Assembly: GCF_001457595.1 (NCBI RefSeq)
Contig: NZ_LN831039.1
Coordinates: forward strand, 2,460,001-2,492,000
Length of the DNA: 32,000 nucleotides
Reading direction: 5' to 3'
From: Mycolicibacterium smegmatis
GTDB taxonomy: Bacteria; Actinomycetota; Actinomycetes; Mycobacteriales; Mycobacteriaceae
The notes beneath the pieces are model-generated. The model had not been told where the DNA came from. It saw only the letters and a list, made by a program, of their open reading frames with translations, and ran no database searches. The number at the start of each line of letters is the position of its first letter. Position 1 is the first letter of the stretch. Below are positions 21,484-30,686 of this stretch, piece after piece. Position numbers and translations under genes: made by a program.

Positions 21484-22647
21484 GTGACCTTCACGGTCGA
21501 CGACGTCGCGTATCTGCGCTCGGCGGCAGGCAGGCAGGCGCTCGACGAGGCCGGGAAACTGGCCCTGTCGGGCGCCCGTCTGGTCAACGACATCGCCGCG
21601 CTGCGAGCGGCTTTCGGTGACCGGGCGGCCGTGCTGGCCGAGACCGTGCAGTTGCGCCGCCGCGCCGCGGCCAAGTTCGCCGACCCGTCGGACTGGCTGT
21701 TCACCGACGAAGCGTTGCAGCAGGCCACCGCGGCGCCGGTCGCGGCACACCGGGCCGCGCGACTCGCGGGTGCGACGGTTCACGATGCCACCTGCTCGAT
21801 CGGCGGTGAGCTTGTCGCGCTTCGTGATACGGCTGACCATGTGGTGGGCAGTGACCTGGATCCGGTGCGGGTGGCGATGGCCGCGGGCAACGTGCCCGAC
21901 GTCGAGGTGTGCCGTGCCGACGCGCTGCGGCCCATCACGCGCGACGCCGTCGTGATCCTGGACCCCGCGCGGCGTGCGGGCGGCAGGCGGCGGTTCGACC
22001 CGCGTGCCTACACCCCGGCCCTCGACGCGGTGTTCGACGTGTACCGGGATCGCGACATGGTCGTGAAATGCGCTCCCGGAATCGATTTCGCCGAGATCGA
22101 ACGCATGGGGTTCACCGGTGAGATCGAGGTGACCTCGGTGGGCGGGGGAGTGCGAGAGGCGTGCCTGTGGTCACCGGCGCTCGCCGGTGCCGGGGTGAGA
22201 AGGCGGGCCACCGTGCTGGACCGCGGCGAGCAGATCACCGACACCGAACCCGACGACTGCGCCGTCGCACCCGCCGGTCGGTGGATCGTCGACCCCGACG
22301 GGGCCGTCGTACGCGCAGGCCTGGTGCGCCACTACGCGGCCAGGCACGGGCTGTGGCAACTCGACCCCGACATCGCGTACCTCTCCGGTGACCGGTTGCC
22401 CGACGGGGTCCGCGGATTCGAGGTGCTCGAGGAGCTCGGCTACCACGAACGGCGTTTGCGGGCGGCACTTGCGGCACGGTCCGCCGGTGCGGTAGAGATA
22501 CTGGTCCGCGGGGTCAATGTGGATCCCGACGTACTGCGAACGCGGTTACGGCTGCGCGGATCCGAGCAACTCACGGTGGTCATCACGCGGCTGGGGTCGG
22601 GATCGGCGAGCCGGGCGACGGCGTACATTTGCCGTCCCTCGCGATGA
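21484..22647 (+). CDS. THUMP-like/class I SAM-dependent methyltransferase (Rv3037c-like)
   Basis: From GTG 21484: VTFTVDDVAYLRSAAGRQALDEAGKLALSGARLVNDIAALRAAFG...VHDATCSIGGELVALRDTADHVVGSDLDPVRVAMA...VVILDPARRAGGRRRFDP. The upstream part of the long track ORF overlaps the preceding gene. Confidence 0.87.
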   Translation: MTFTVDDVAYLRSAAGRQALDEAGKLALSGARLVNDIAALRAAFGDRAAVLAETVQLRRRAAAKFADPSDWLFTDEALQQATAAPVAAHRAARLAGATVHDATCSIGGELVALRDTADHVVGSDLDPVRVAMAAGNVPDVEVCRADALRPITRDAVVILDPARRAGGRRRFDPRAYTPALDAVFDVYRDRDMVVKCAPGIDFAEIERMGFTGEIEVTSVGGGVREACLWSPALAGAGVRRRATVLDRGEQITDTEPDDCAVAPAGRWIVDPDGAVVRAGLVRHYAARHGLWQLDPDIAYLSGDRLPDGVRGFEVLEELGYHERRLRAALAARSAGAVEILVRGVNVDPDVLRTRLRLRGSEQLTVVITRLGSGSASRATAYICRPSR

Positions 22648-22719
22648 CCCGCCAGTACGCTTGAATCGAAATGCCGGCGCGGTCGGCGTTTGGTTGATCG
22701 CCCGGGAGGACGACTGACG

Positions 22720-23421
22720 ATGCGAATTTCCACTGTGGTGGGGGTGTTGGCGGCCGGCGTGCTGATCGGTGGCGTTGCCGCACCGTCGGCAGCCGCGCAG
22801 TCGACCTGTGCCGAGCTCGGCGGCACGGTCGACGCGGACCAGATCTGTCAGGTACACACGGCCAACGCGACCTACCGGCTGGATTACACGTTCTCGACCA
22901 CCTACCCGGACCAGGAAGCCGTGGTCGGCTACCTGAGCCAGACCCGCGACGGGTTCGTCAACGTATCCGACATGCCCGGCTCACGTGATCAGCCGTATGT
23001 GCTGGACGCCCGGGGGTCCTCGTACTCCTCGGCGGTCGCCCCCGGCCTGCCTGCGCGCACCCAGAGCCTGGTGCTCGAGGTGTTCCAGGACGTCGGCGGC
23101 GCGCAACCCGAGACCTGGTACAAGTCCTTCAATTACGACGTGGTGAAGCGGGCGCCCATCACGTTCGACACGTTGTTCAAGCCCGGTTCCCGGCCGCTCG
23201 ACGTGATTTTCCCGATCGTGGCGCGCGAACTGGAGACCCAGGCGGGAATCGTCCAGTCGATCTCGCAGTCCGCGGGCATGGACCCCACGCACTACCAGAA
23301 CTTCGCGATCACCGACGATTCGGTGATCTTCTTCTTCGACCGCGGCGCGCTGGTGGCCGATTCGGCGGGTGCGCTTCAGGCCTCGGTGCCGCGGTCGGCG
23401 GTGGCGTCGCTCCTGGCGTGA
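22720..23421 (+). CDS. Secreted RsiV/DUF3298-type protein (Rv3036c/TB22.2-like)
   Basis: Signal peptide MRISTVVGVLAAGVLIGGVAAPSAAAQS, mature domain ending NFAITDDSVIFFFDRGALVADSAGALQASVPRSAV. ATG 22720 is preceded by an SD-like GGGAGGA. Confidence 0.88.
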   Translation: MRISTVVGVLAAGVLIGGVAAPSAAAQSTCAELGGTVDADQICQVHTANATYRLDYTFSTTYPDQEAVVGYLSQTRDGFVNVSDMPGSRDQPYVLDARGSSYSSAVAPGLPARTQSLVLEVFQDVGGAQPETWYKSFNYDVVKRAPITFDTLFKPGSRPLDVIFPIVARELETQAGIVQSISQSAGMDPTHYQNFAITDDSVIFFFDRGALVADSAGALQASVPRSAVASLLA

Positions 23422-23452
23422 GCTGAGAAGGACGCCACCGCCGATCAGCGGA

Positions 23453-24997
23453 TCACGCGGACGTCGTGGTCCGTTCGTGCCTGCCCTTGGGGTCGTAGGT
23501 CTCCCAGAACGTCGCACCGACGATGTCGAGGCGCAGCGGGTTGAAGACCGGGTCGATGCCCGCCTTCTGCTGTTTCTCGTAGTCCTTGAGCGCCGCGAGT
23601 GCGGGCCGCTGCAGGATGATGATGCCGATGATGTTGAGCCAGGCCATCAATCCCACACCGATGTCGCCGAGAGTCCAGGCGTCGGTTGCGGTGGAGATCG
23701 CGCCGGTGACCACCGACACCAGGATCAGCGCCTGCAGCAGCATCGTGGCATTGGAACCGACGGTGCCCCGGACGATCGGAACCGGGATGGTCGCGCTCTT
23801 GCCCAGCAGGAAGCGCAGGTTCGTCTCGGCCATGTAGTAGTACGCGACGATCGTGGTGAACGCGAAGAACGCGAGCGACACCGCGACGAACGACGCACCG
23901 GCGCCGCTCCACAACGTGTCGAAACCGGCCTGTGCGAAGGCGGGCCCCACCGTGATATCCGACGGCAGCATGCCGCCCTCGGCCAGCACCGCACCCGTCT
24001 CGCTCTCACCTTCGTAGACGCGGTAGGCGCCCGTCGTGAGGATCAGGAAGCCCGTGGCCGAGCAGACGAACAGCGTGTCGATGTACACCGCGAACGCCTG
24101 CACCAGACCCTGCTTGGCGGGGTGGGTGACCTCGGCCGCGGCGGCGGCGTGCGGGCCCGTGCCCTGGCCGGCCTCGTTGGAGTAGATGCCGCGCTTGACG
24201 CCCCACATCACGGCCGAACCGATGATCGCGCCGAACGCCGAGTCCAGGCCGAACGCGCTCGCGAAGATCAGTCGCAACACCTCGGGCACCGCGCTGACGT
24301 TCACCACGACGATGATCAGCGCGAGGACGATGTAGACGACGGCCATGAACGGCACGACGATCGAGGCGAACGCCGCGATGCGCTTGACGCCGCCGATGAT
24401 CACGAAGGCCAGCACGATCACGATGCCGACGCCCACCCACCAGGTGGAGAAGCCCCACGCTGAGTTCATCGCGGCGGCCATCGAGTTCGACTGCACGCTG
24501 GGCAGCAGCAGACCACACGCGAGCACCGTGACGGCCGCGAACAGCAGTCCGTACACCTTGAAGACACCGGCCGCGCGTGTGTGCTCGAGAGCGCGGCTCA
24601 GATAGTAGGCCGGACCGCCACGGTATTCACCGGTCAGCTGGTCACGGGCCTTGTAGATCTGGCCCAGCGTGCATTCCACGAACGACGTGGACGCGCCGAG
24701 GAATGCCACGGCCCACATCCAGAACATGGCGCCCGGGCCGCCGAACGCGATCGCGGTCGCGACCCCGGCGATGTTGCCGGTACCGACGCGGCCCGCCAGC
24801 GACATCGTCAGCGCCTGGAACGACGAGACCCCGGAAGGCGACTTCTCGCCTTTGACCATCAGCCGGATCATCTCCGGTACCTGCCGGATCTGCAGGAGCC
24901 TGGTGCGGATCGAGAAGTACACGCCCGCAGCCAGACACAGATAGACGAGCCAGCTACTCCATACGTAGCTGTTGATGAGGTCGAGAAACTCCGACAC
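23453..24997 (-). CDS. Alanine or glycine:cation symporter family protein (AGCS)
   Basis: 514 aa. SSFQALTMSLAGRVGTGNIAGVATAIAFGGPGAMFWMWAVAFLGASTSFVECTLGQIYK...RGIYSNEAGQGTGPHAAAAAEVTHPAKQGLVQAFAVYIDT, a canonical AGCS signature. Confidence 0.96.
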   Translation of the reverse strand: MSEFLDLINSYVWSSWLVYLCLAAGVYFSIRTRLLQIRQVPEMIRLMVKGEKSPSGVSSFQALTMSLAGRVGTGNIAGVATAIAFGGPGAMFWMWAVAFLGASTSFVECTLGQIYKARDQLTGEYRGGPAYYLSRALEHTRAAGVFKVYGLLFAAVTVLACGLLLPSVQSNSMAAAMNSAWGFSTWWVGVGIVIVLAFVIIGGVKRIAAFASIVVPFMAVVYIVLALIIVVVNVSAVPEVLRLIFASAFGLDSAFGAIIGSAVMWGVKRGIYSNEAGQGTGPHAAAAAEVTHPAKQGLVQAFAVYIDTLFVCSATGFLILTTGAYRVYEGESETGAVLAEGGMLPSDITVGPAFAQAGFDTLWSGAGASFVAVSLAFFAFTTIVAYYYMAETNLRFLLGKSATIPVPIVRGTVGSNATMLLQALILVSVVTGAISTATDAWTLGDIGVGLMAWLNIIGIIILQRPALAALKDYEKQQKAGIDPVFNPLRLDIVGATFWETYDPKGRHERTTTSA

Positions 24998-25108
24998 TGG
25001 TTATTGCCTTCCCCCAGAAATTCATTGATCTTGCACGGTTGCCGCGCCAAATCCTCACACGAAGCCCACCACTTTCTGTGGAGATTTCGTCAATTCCCTG
25101 TAAAACTT

Positions 25109-25123
25109 CCGGCATCATGCCGG
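25109..25123 (-). terminator. Small hairpin over the stop codon of the PQQ-like lipoprotein gene, weak terminator candidate
   Basis: Leftward strand reads CCGGC-ATGAT-GCCGG-AAG-TTTT. The 15-base sequence is a near-perfect palindrome containing the TGA stop. Confidence 0.3.
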
Positions 25124-26398
25124 TGAGAAGCCATACACTTGCCCGTCACTCGTCGCGGTGACCACGCGGCCGTCGTGGCCGATCGATACCCCGACCGGCC
25201 AGCCGGTGGCCTCGGGAAGCGGATGGGTCTGCAGCGTGCGGCCGTCACCGGTGTCGAAGACCAGCAGGGCCTGCCCGTGGCCGCCCTGCCGCGCCACGGC
25301 GTAGCCGACGTTTCCGGAACGACTCGACGTGGTCAGGGGAGCGACGTCGTCACGCGTCCACACGATCTCGCCGCGGTCACCCTCGTCGCGCACCGCGGTC
25401 AGCTTGGCGTCGGGACCGCCGCCCGCCACGATCAGACCGTCCGGCGCCACCGACGGCGGCGTCTGGGCGAGATAGTCGAGCGGCACGGACCATTTGACGG
25501 TCCCGTCCGCGGAGTTCAGCGCCCACAGTTGCTCGTCGCGCCCGCTGACGTAGACGGTCTGGCCGTCCGCGGACAGCACCGGGCTGGCCAGCGGGCCGCG
25601 GCCCGCGGCGTCACTGGTCCACGCCTGCGTCAGCAGCGGCTTCTGCCCGGGCCGGTAGTTCAGGCCGACCAGCACCGGGGCCTCGGCACCGGGCTGCCAC
25701 AGGCTCAGCACCACGATGTTGGTCTGGCCGGAGAACGCGGGCGCCGCCGCGACGGGGCACCGTGACCGGGCCAGCGGGCAGTCGGCCAGACCGCGCTCGG
25801 AATCGGTCGGGTCCACGCCCGACACCAGATCGAGAGGTGTGCCCTCGACCGTGCCGCGGTGGGAGTCGAACACCAGCACCTGGCCGAGGTGCGTGACCAC
25901 GAGGAGTTGCCCGTCGGCCAGCAGTCGCGGGGTGGTCGGCATCCCGATCACGGGCTTACGCCAGCGGATCCACTGCGTGGGAGGAAAGGACAGCATCGCG
26001 CCGGGCTGGCCCACATAGACGTTGTCGAAGCCATCGAACAGCGGGCCTGACCATCCGCCGCCCTGCACCAGACGCGTGCACCAGCGCTGGCGGCCGTTGT
26101 TGTCGGCCTCCCACACCATCAGCGAACACCCGCCCGCGCTCTGGGCGTTGACCGCGAGATAACCGGCCGAACCCAGGGCGACCTGGGCGCCTACCTCACC
26201 TTTGGCCGACCGGCTCCACTCCGCGCGCAGCGACTGGGCTCCGGGAGCACTTTTGTAGCTGCTGTTGGCGGCGTCGGCGTATTGCGCGGCCCAACCGGAG
26301 GCAGGGCTGGCCTGGACCCAGGAATCGGTGTTCTCACAACCGGCGAGAAGGCCCGTGAGCAGCGCAGCCACCATGAGCGCCAGGTATCGCCGGAACAC
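25115..26398 (-). CDS. PQQ/beta-propeller repeat lipoprotein (Rv3035-like)
   Basis: From GTG 26398: VFRRYLALMVAALLTGLLAGCENTDSWVQ lipobox (LLAGC), then repeated propeller blades (LSADGQTVYVSGRDEQLWALNSADGTVKWSVP, ...). Confidence 0.9.
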   Translation of the reverse strand: MFRRYLALMVAALLTGLLAGCENTDSWVQASPASGWAAQYADAANSSYKSAPGAQSLRAEWSRSAKGEVGAQVALGSAGYLAVNAQSAGGCSLMVWEADNNGRQRWCTRLVQGGGWSGPLFDGFDNVYVGQPGAMLSFPPTQWIRWRKPVIGMPTTPRLLADGQLLVVTHLGQVLVFDSHRGTVEGTPLDLVSGVDPTDSERGLADCPLARSRCPVAAAPAFSGQTNIVVLSLWQPGAEAPVLVGLNYRPGQKPLLTQAWTSDAAGRGPLASPVLSADGQTVYVSGRDEQLWALNSADGTVKWSVPLDYLAQTPPSVAPDGLIVAGGGPDAKLTAVRDEGDRGEIVWTRDDVAPLTTSSRSGNVGYAVARQGGHGQALLVFDTGDGRTLQTHPLPEATGWPVGVSIGHDGRVVTATSDGQVYGFSPA

Positions 26399-26465
26399 GG
26401 TGTCCTTTCGTCGAGAGACCGGACAGATCGTTGAGTTGTGGACCACGTGAGGGTAACCCGAGCGC

Positions 26466-26492
26466 CCGGAAAGCCTCGCGTAGGCTTTCCGG
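26466..26492. promoter_or_regulatory. Perfect 11-bp inverted repeat immediately upstream of the acyltransferase start codon
   Basis: CCGGAAAGCCT-CGCGT-AGGCTTTCCGG, ending 2 nt before ATG 26495, in the intergenic region between divergent genes. Confidence 0.6.
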
Positions 26493-26494
26493 CC

Positions 26495-27238
26495 ATGACG
26501 ACGATGTGGGGCGCACCGATTCACAAGCGGTGGCGGGGCTCGCGTCTGCGCGATCCGCGTCAAGCCGACTTCCTGACCATGGCGTCGCTGAAGTGGGTCA
26601 TCGCCAACCGGGCGTTCACGCCCTGGTACCTGGTGCGGTACTGGCGGCTGCTCAAGTTCAAGCTGGCCAACCCGCACATCATCACCCGCGGCATGGTGTT
26701 CCTGGGCAAGGACGTGGAGATCCAGTGCACGCCCGAACTCGCGCAGATGGAGATCGGCCGCTGGGTGCACATCGGTGACAAGAACACCATCCGCTGCCAC
26801 GAGGGCTCGCTGCGCATCGGCGACAAGGTGGTGCTGGGCCGCGACAACGTCATCAACACCTACCTCGACATCGAGCTCGGTGACTCGGTGCTCATGGCCG
26901 ACTGGTGCTACGTCTGCGACTTCGACCACAAGATGGACGACATCAACGTCCCCATCAAGGATCAGGGCATCATCAAGGGCCCGGTGCGTATCGGGCCCGA
27001 CACCTGGATCGCCGCCAAGGTCACCATTCTGCGCAACACCCTGATCGGCCGCGGTTGCGTGCTCGGCGCCCACGCCGTGGTCAAGGGGGACATCCCGGAC
27101 CACTCGATCGCGGTCGGCGCACCCGCCAAGGTGGTCAAGAACCGCAAGCTGGCGTGGGAGACGTCGGCGGCCGAGCGCGCCGAACTCGCCGCTGCACTCG
27201 CCGACATCGAGCGCAAGAAGGCCGCGAGCAACAAGTAG
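26495..27238 (+). CDS. Hexapeptide-repeat (LbH) acyltransferase-like protein (Rv3034c-like)
   Basis: MTTMWGAPIHKRWRGSRLRDPRQADFLTMASLKWVI...IGRWVHIGDKNTIRCHEGSLRIGDKVVLGRDNVINTYLDIELGDSVLMADWCYVCDFDH, left-handed beta-helix hexapeptide pattern. Confidence 0.92.
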   Translation: MTTMWGAPIHKRWRGSRLRDPRQADFLTMASLKWVIANRAFTPWYLVRYWRLLKFKLANPHIITRGMVFLGKDVEIQCTPELAQMEIGRWVHIGDKNTIRCHEGSLRIGDKVVLGRDNVINTYLDIELGDSVLMADWCYVCDFDHKMDDINVPIKDQGIIKGPVRIGPDTWIAAKVTILRNTLIGRGCVLGAHAVVKGDIPDHSIAVGAPAKVVKNRKLAWETSAAERAELAAALADIERKKAASNK

Positions 27239-27249
27239 TTCCCGGGCGC

Positions 27250-27867
27250 TCAGGCGCCGTTGCACACCCCGGATTCGCGGATCACGTTGCCGTAGACGTT
27301 CGCGGTCGCGATGTTGGCGTTGATGACCCCGGACGGCATGCGCTGCTTCATCTTCACGCTGATCTGCGTGAGCTGATACCACAGGTGATGGAACGAGTCG
27401 CCGTGGAACAGCGGCGAATACTGGCTCTGGTCCGGGTAGTTCGTGACGTAGAGGGTCTGGGCGCGCGGGTCGAGGAAGGCCGCGGACCGGTCGACGTTGG
27501 CGCGGACGGCATCGCCGGCGGCCTGCACGCCGGGATGTGACCAGTGGTCGCCGTTGTCGTCGAGGAAGCGCTGGAACCGCACGATCTGGTCGAACAACGT
27601 GCCGTACTGCGCGTTGAACCACTGACAGGCCTCACGCTGAGCGTCGATCTGCTGAGGCGTGACCCGGATCTGCCACAGGTTGTACGGGAACACCGTGTAG
27701 TCGGGCGCCCAGTTCGACGGATGGGGTTCGAACGCGGCCAGCGCGGGCCAGGCCTGCTCGGGTTCGGCCGGCGTCGGTGCCGCAGTCGCGAGCGCCAACG
27801 CGGCGCCGGTCGCCAGCGCCGCACACCCGGTGCGGAGTCTTCTGCGTTTCAGGCGTTGCGAGGCCAC
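27250..27867 (-). CDS. Exported protein of unknown function (Rv3033-like)
   Basis: From GTG 27867: VASQRLKRRRLRTGCAALATGAALALATAAPTPAEP signal peptide, then a 170-aa secreted domain ending VYGNVIRESGVCNGA. Confidence 0.85.
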   Translation of the reverse strand: MASQRLKRRRLRTGCAALATGAALALATAAPTPAEPEQAWPALAAFEPHPSNWAPDYTVFPYNLWQIRVTPQQIDAQREACQWFNAQYGTLFDQIVRFQRFLDDNGDHWSHPGVQAAGDAVRANVDRSAAFLDPRAQTLYVTNYPDQSQYSPLFHGDSFHHLWYQLTQISVKMKQRMPSGVINANIATANVYGNVIRESGVCNGA

Positions 27868-27939
27868 CCCTCGATTTTTGCGACCGTGTCGCGTCCGCGG
27901 ACGCAGAATCTCGAGAATGCGGTGATTTCGCCGCGAGAC

Positions 27940-27945
27940 GGGTAT
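27940..27945 (+). promoter_or_regulatory. Candidate SigF-type -10 (GGGTAT) upstream of idi
   Basis: GGGTAT matches the mycobacterial SigF -10. The expected GTTT-type -35 is not convincingly present at 15-17 nt. Confidence 0.25.
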
Positions 27946-27995
27946 AGGGGTTTCGTCCGGCCCGGACACACCCGCTGCTTCACGAGAGGGAATCC

Positions 27996-28022
27996 ATGAC
28001 CGCATCGCGAGTGTGCGCGTGA
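27996..28022 (+). CDS. Very short leader [11 protein letters not shown] overlapping the idi start region
   Basis: ATG ACC GCA TCG CGA GTG TGC GCG TGA, preceded by GAGAGGG. Its stop overlaps an in-frame idi GTG at 28019 (GTGA). Confidence 0.45.
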   Translation: MTASRVCA

Positions 28023-29062
28023 CGGGTGACCGGGACGCGGTGGCACGCAAGCGGCGCCACATCGACGTGTGCCTCAACGAGGCCGTCGACCACCAGAGCG
28101 TGTCGACCGGGCTCGAGCGCTACCGGCTGCCGTACCACGCGCTCACCCAGACCAACCTGACCGAGATCGATCTGACCACGAATTTTCTCGGCAAGCCGCT
28201 TCGTGCCCCGGTGCTGATCGGCGCCATGACCGGTGGTGCCGAGCTGTCCGGAACCATCAACCGCAATCTCGCCGCGGCCGCCCAGAAACTCGGCGTCGGG
28301 ATGATGCTCGGTTCGCAACGGATCATGCTGCGCAGCGGTGAGCAGGCCGCGCACCGCTCCGAGAGCTTCGCAGTGCGTGACGTCGCCCCGGATGTGTTGC
28401 TGGTGGGCAACATCGGGCTGTCGCAGCTGACCCACGACAACGCGCCGTTGATCACCGACGCACTGCGGCGTGTGGGTGCCGACGCACTTGCGGTGCACAC
28501 GAACCCCCTGCAGGAGGCGATCCAGGCCAACGGAGACACCGATTTCGCGGGATCACGTGAACGGCTCCTCGAAATCGGTCCATCCATCGGCTGCCCGCTG
28601 CTGCTCAAGGAGGTGGGCCACGGCATCGGCGCCGCGGCCGTCGCCGAGCTCACCGGCGGCCGCGACGATGTGCCGGTCGCGGCCATCGACGTCGCAGGTG
28701 CGGGCGGCACCTCGTGGTCACGCGTCGAGCAGTTCGTCCGCTACGGCACGGTGCGGTACCCGGATCTCGCGGACTGGGGCGTCCCGACCGCACGTGCCAT
28801 CATCGAAGTGCGACAGGCGCTTCCGCGTATCCCGCTGGTCGCCTCGGGCGGCATCCGCACCGGTATGGACGCGGCAAAGGCAATTGCGCTGGGCGCCGAC
28901 GTGGTCGCCATCGCGCGACCGCTGCTGGCGGCCGCGATCGATTCGGCTGCGGCCGTGGCCGACTGGCTGCAGGGGTTCATCGACGAACTCCGCATCTGCC
29001 TGCACGGCAGCGGCGCACCGGATCTCGCGGCCATGCACGCCATCCGGCTGGTCGACCGGTAA
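28013..29062 (+). CDS. fni: Type 2 isopentenyl-diphosphate delta-isomerase (FMN-dependent)
   Basis: [17 protein letters not shown]...[44 protein letters not shown]...[19 protein letters not shown]...[32 protein letters not shown]. Start may be GTG 28013 or GTG 28019. Confidence 0.95.
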   Translation: MRVTGDRDAVARKRRHIDVCLNEAVDHQSVSTGLERYRLPYHALTQTNLTEIDLTTNFLGKPLRAPVLIGAMTGGAELSGTINRNLAAAAQKLGVGMMLGSQRIMLRSGEQAAHRSESFAVRDVAPDVLLVGNIGLSQLTHDNAPLITDALRRVGADALAVHTNPLQEAIQANGDTDFAGSRERLLEIGPSIGCPLLLKEVGHGIGAAAVAELTGGRDDVPVAAIDVAGAGGTSWSRVEQFVRYGTVRYPDLADWGVPTARAIIEVRQALPRIPLVASGGIRTGMDAAKAIALGADVVAIARPLLAAAIDSAAAVADWLQGFIDELRICLHGSGAPDLAAMHAIRLVDR

Positions 29063-29067
29063 CGGCC

Positions 29068-30309
29068 GTGGCGACGATCCTCGCGTACACCTCGCCCGCC
29101 CTGGGTCACGTCTATCCGCTCGCGGCCCTGCTGACCGAACTGGCCTGCCGCGGACACGAGATCCACCTGCGCACCATGGCCCGCGAGGTGGAGGCCATGC
29201 GCGCCGCCGGCTTCCGGGCAGATGCCGTGGCACCCGAGATCGAGGCGATCCGCGGCGACGACCGATCCACGTCCGACGCACTGGAAGTGCTCGCGATGTC
29301 CCTCGACGTGTTGTGCAGCAGGGCCGCTTCGGAGGTCGACGACATCCGCGACGCGATCGCCCGGTCACGGCCCGACCTGGTGATCGTCGACGCGAACTGC
29401 TGGGGTGCCATGGCCGCGGCCGAGGCCGAAGGGCTGCCATGGGTGGTGTTCTCACCGTTCACGCCGTACCTGCGATCACGTGGGGTACCGCCGTTCGGGC
29501 CGGGACTGCGACCGTGGCCGGGCCTGCCCGGACGGGCACGTGACGCGCTCATGCGCCGCGTCACCGGACGCATGTTCGACGACCCGGTGTTGCGGCGCAT
29601 GAATCCGCTGCGCGCTGAAGCCGGTGTGCCAGAAGTGGATTCGGTGGACGCCATGATGCGCCGCGCGCCGCTGACACTCGGGGTGGGCGGACGTCCGTTC
29701 GAATACCCGCATCCCGATTGGGGGGATTCGGTACACCAGCTCGGCGCATGCGTGTTCGAACCGGGACCGGTCGCCGAACCGCCCTGGCTCGCCGAGATCG
29801 ACCGGCCCGTCGTGCTGGTCAACACATCTTCGATCGCGCAGGCCGATACGATCCTGGCGCACACCGCGCTTGCGGCCTTCGCCGACGAACCGGTCCACGT
29901 CGTCGCGACGTTCCCCGCCGGTGTCCCGGACGGTCTGCCGCGGCCGGCCAACGCGACCATCGGTGAGTACATCCCGCACGGTGTGGTGCTGGACCGCACG
30001 GTGTGCGTGGTCACCCACGGCGGAATGGGGACCACGCTCAAGGCGCTGGACCGGGGTATCCCGGTGTGCGTGGTGCCGTTCGCGCGGGACCAGGCCGAGG
30101 TGGCCCGTCGGGTACAGATGGCGCGGTGCGGAACACGCCTGCCCGCCAAGCATCTCAGCGCCGCGCGTCTGCGCCGGAAGGTGCGTCAGGCCATGGCGAT
30201 GAGCGATGGCGCGCGACGTGTCGCCGCGGGGTTCGCCGCCACCGGCGGTGTGGTGCGCGGCGCCGATCTCATCGAGCAGCAGGTGTTTTCATCCGAGATG
30301 CGGATGTGA
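29068..30309 (+). CDS. MGT-like glycosyltransferase (GT1/UDPGT family)
   Basis: From GTG 29068: VATILAYTSPALGHVYPLAALLTELACRGHEIHLRTM...VVLVNTSSI...ATIGEYIPHGVVLDRTVCVVTHGGMGTTLKALDRGIPVCVVPFARDQAEVARRV, with the C-terminal HGG nucleotide-sugar-binding signature. Confidence 0.92.
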   Translation: MATILAYTSPALGHVYPLAALLTELACRGHEIHLRTMAREVEAMRAAGFRADAVAPEIEAIRGDDRSTSDALEVLAMSLDVLCSRAASEVDDIRDAIARSRPDLVIVDANCWGAMAAAEAEGLPWVVFSPFTPYLRSRGVPPFGPGLRPWPGLPGRARDALMRRVTGRMFDDPVLRRMNPLRAEAGVPEVDSVDAMMRRAPLTLGVGGRPFEYPHPDWGDSVHQLGACVFEPGPVAEPPWLAEIDRPVVLVNTSSIAQADTILAHTALAAFADEPVHVVATFPAGVPDGLPRPANATIGEYIPHGVVLDRTVCVVTHGGMGTTLKALDRGIPVCVVPFARDQAEVARRVQMARCGTRLPAKHLSAARLRRKVRQAMAMSDGARRVAAGFAATGGVVRGADLIEQQVFSSEMRM

Positions 30310-30679
30310 GTGCACTCGTGATGCGACGGCGCCTGGCGAACAGCAGCACCCAGGAGAGCGCGGCCGCGGTGAACGCGGCGGCCTGTGCGGCACCGGTGCG
30401 GTTGGCCGGGTAGAGCACACCGTCGGCGTAGTGGTCGATGAAATCGTCCGCGGGCAGCGGCTTGAGCCCGGCCCGCACGCGTGCCCACTGCTCCAGGTGT
30501 GTGAGCGGGCAGCGCAGCCGTAGCGCGACGACGAAAGCGCCCCAGATCACCGTCGGCACATGGAACGCCAGGGTGCGGGGCCAGCGCAGCGCGAGGAATC
30601 CGCCGCTCGGCAGATACAACAGGTAACCGAAGTGTGCACCGACCGTGATCGCCACGAGCGCGGTGTACGCCTTCTTCAT
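30269..30679 (-). CDS. DUF2784-like small membrane protein
   Basis: MKKAYTALVAITVGAHFGYLLYLPSGGFLALRWPRTLAFHVPTVIWGAFVVALRLRCPLTHLEQWARVRAG...FIDHYADGVLYPANRTGAAQAAAFTAAALSWVLLF. CPLTxxE and the YPxxxT region are typical of DUF2784. Confidence 0.75.
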   Translation of the reverse strand: MKKAYTALVAITVGAHFGYLLYLPSGGFLALRWPRTLAFHVPTVIWGAFVVALRLRCPLTHLEQWARVRAGLKPLPADDFIDHYADGVLYPANRTGAAQAAAFTAAALSWVLLFARRRRITSALTSASRMKTPAAR

Positions 30680-30686
30680 GCACCGA

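Noticed and set aside
23369-24463. 364-aa plus-strand ORF overlapping the AGCS symporter
   Set aside because: Antisense to a canonical symporter, with repetitive Asp/Arg/Glu/His composition and no motif.
25115-27622. Full 835-aa extent of the track ORF on the minus strand
   Set aside because: Only the part from GTG 26398 has a signal peptide and propeller repeats. The N-terminal 400 residues are antisense to the hexapeptide acyltransferase and secreted-protein region.
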